From Sporopachydermia quercuum (Eukaryota), in NCBI GenBank assembly GCA_001599295.1, contig BCGN01000008.1, positions 1,240,001 to 1,300,220 on the forward strand: a DNA stretch of 60,220 nucleotides, in the 5' to 3' direction. The notes under the pieces were generated by a model that was not told the DNA's origin, searched no databases, and worked only from the letters and a program-made list of their open reading frames with translations. Of this stretch, positions 58,633 through 60,220 are shown piece after piece; positions within the stretch are counted from its first letter, which is position 1; each line of letters begins with the position of its first letter. A program made the position numbers and the translations under genes.

Positions 58633-60018
58633 ATGGAGTTAGAAGAAGTACCAGGATTCCAAATTGCTGATCTGATAGATAATCCTGATAATATACCAAG
58701 AAACGTTGCTGGCGGGCTACCTTGCAAAGTAGGTGTCATATCAGCATATAAGAGTAGTATACGATTACCACAAGATGATACATTCTACTATCAGCTTTGG
58801 TCTTTGGCTGAACATTTAGTTGGGTACGTTTTAACTCTTACCGGTGGTGATGTGTGTGGAAGATTTAATAATTTATACTACGCATTGCGTGTTTATGATG
58901 AATCTCCTAGCAAATACTGCTACACGAAAATCGTACCCTTGAATGGACCACATGCATATGAGGCACGTGTTCAGATGTATGATAATATGTTTTGCAAGAC
59001 CATAGCTGGGTCGATAATGGATTTATATTATAGAACTCAAACCAATGATGGATATATGGATAAAATATTCGTTTTTTATATCGGAACCAGCCGATTAATT
59101 AGTGTATGCATTGCTGCAAGTGATTTAGCATGGCATATAGGACTTCCTGGAGATCTAAAAACTGATACTATAGCTTCTTTTCGAAGTGGTGGTGAAGGTT
59201 GCCAGTCTCCTTACAGTGTTGTCTACAACAAGAAATTAAGACTTCACCCTGATCGTTATCCTGAGTGGGGTTCAAAGAGGGAACCACTTCATTTGACGTG
59301 GCATGGTACCCAATCCGGATTAACCTACAAATTTGAACAGGTGATTCCTCTCAGACAAGTCAGAGATTCGATTGAGAAAAGTAGCAAAATACTGCCGGGT
59401 ATCAATCCACGTTCTCCTGTGAAAGTCGAAGTTATCAAGATTTGTAGACTTGAGGGTTCTATAGAATTGAGTGATGATGTATACAATTCACTATATTACG
59501 TTGGCTTGCATATATCATTTGCTGTCCATGATGGTGGCGGCACAGCTTGGATTGTTGGTAGAGTCAATGATTTTTGTTATAAATTCAAAGTCATTCGAGC
59601 TGAGAGACATGACAGGCTTGACTATTGTCATATGGTAGGTGTTTTGCATGATTTATACAGAAGGACGTGTCCTTCTGGAAACGTTGATAAAGCATTTGCT
59701 ATCAGAGTTTCAACTCCTTCCTTATATGTGTGCTTATACATTGGGCATAGCAAAGAAGTTTGGAAAACGATCGTTGCAAGGGACGAAAATAATCTTATAG
59801 ATGACATTGAACATGAAGGGGCGTTAGTTTCCTTTCAAACTGGGGATGCAGCTTGCGAAAGGGGTTACAAAGGTGACGTCAAATGGGATGGCACTAATTT
59901 TGTCGAAAATCTTATCAATAATGTAGGCAAGTTAGTACCATTTGCATCACTAGTACCCTATGGATCTCAGGTGGCTGTTGTAGGTCAAGCAATAATAAAC
60001 ATTTATGGTGCACATTGA
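58633..60018 (+). CDS. Telomere-adjacent orphan protein, 461 aa, with a tandemly duplicated ~160-aa Cys-containing domain
   Basis: Intact ATG-TGA ORF of complex sequence; the two halves align (see findings); TATA-like element near 58508. Confidence 0.8.
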   Translation: MELEEVPGFQIADLIDNPDNIPRNVAGGLPCKVGVISAYKSSIRLPQDDTFYYQLWSLAEHLVGYVLTLTGGDVCGRFNNLYYALRVYDESPSKYCYTKIVPLNGPHAYEARVQMYDNMFCKTIAGSIMDLYYRTQTNDGYMDKIFVFYIGTSRLISVCIAASDLAWHIGLPGDLKTDTIASFRSGGEGCQSPYSVVYNKKLRLHPDRYPEWGSKREPLHLTWHGTQSGLTYKFEQVIPLRQVRDSIEKSSKILPGINPRSPVKVEVIKICRLEGSIELSDDVYNSLYYVGLHISFAVHDGGGTAWIVGRVNDFCYKFKVIRAERHDRLDYCHMVGVLHDLYRRTCPSGNVDKAFAIRVSTPSLYVCLYIGHSKEVWKTIVARDENNLIDDIEHEGALVSFQTGDAACERGYKGDVKWDGTNFVENLINNVGKLVPFASLVPYGSQVAVVGQAIINIYGAH

Positions 60019-60121
60019 GTTTGATTTATTTTTTGCTTTTTATTATATAGTAAAGAGTCGTGGCGGTTCAGCACGGTTATTAGTTGGTAAAGAGTTTTAT
60101 TGGTTTATTTTGATGGCTTAG

Positions 60122-60220
60122 GTTGGGAGGTAGTTGGGAGGTAGTTGGGAGGTAGTTGGGAGGTAGTTGGGAGGTAGTTGGGAGGTAGTTGGGAGGTAGT
60201 TGGGAGGTAGTTGGGAGGTA
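60122..60220 (+). repeat. Telomeric repeat array, 9 x GTTGGGAGGTA (11 bp)
   Basis: Perfect G-rich tandem repeat running to the end of the sequence, with the G-strand 5'->3' toward the terminus, preceded by subtelomere-type genes. Confidence 0.92.

Noticed and set aside
60122..60220. CRISPR-like or ordinary minisatellite interpretation
   Set aside because: No spacers, eukaryotic context, and terminal position with G-strand polarity indicate a telomere.

Overview
Eukaryotic, AT-rich sequence from a budding yeast (Saccharomycotina-like gene set; GTAAGT/GTATGT...(T)ACTAAC...YAG introns). CTG encodes conserved Leu positions, so the standard code applies. The window is the last 60 kb of a chromosome arm and ends in 9 perfect copies of an 11-bp G-rich telomeric repeat (GTTGGGAGGTA). 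The left half holds core genes: a Gzf3/Dal80-type GATA factor, BDF1, a 4-exon DEK-C/SWIB gene, a MUN/C2 protein, AlaX, a THI20-like gene and a Far1/Ste5-like RING-PH-vWA protein. The right half is accessory/subtelomeric: D-amino-acid oxidase, two MFS transporters, 2-hydroxyacid dehydrogenase, alcohol acetyltransferase, GH17 glucanase, JLP1-like sulfonate dioxygenase, a xylose-reductase pseudogene and a telomere-adjacent orphan with an internal domain duplication. The most striking observation is a pair of divergently oriented paralogues (32326-33705, 36923-38788), each fusing an N-terminal BED-type zinc finger to a Translin domain, an architecture I do not recognise from characterised proteins. 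All family calls come from motif recognition by eye; no database searches were run.
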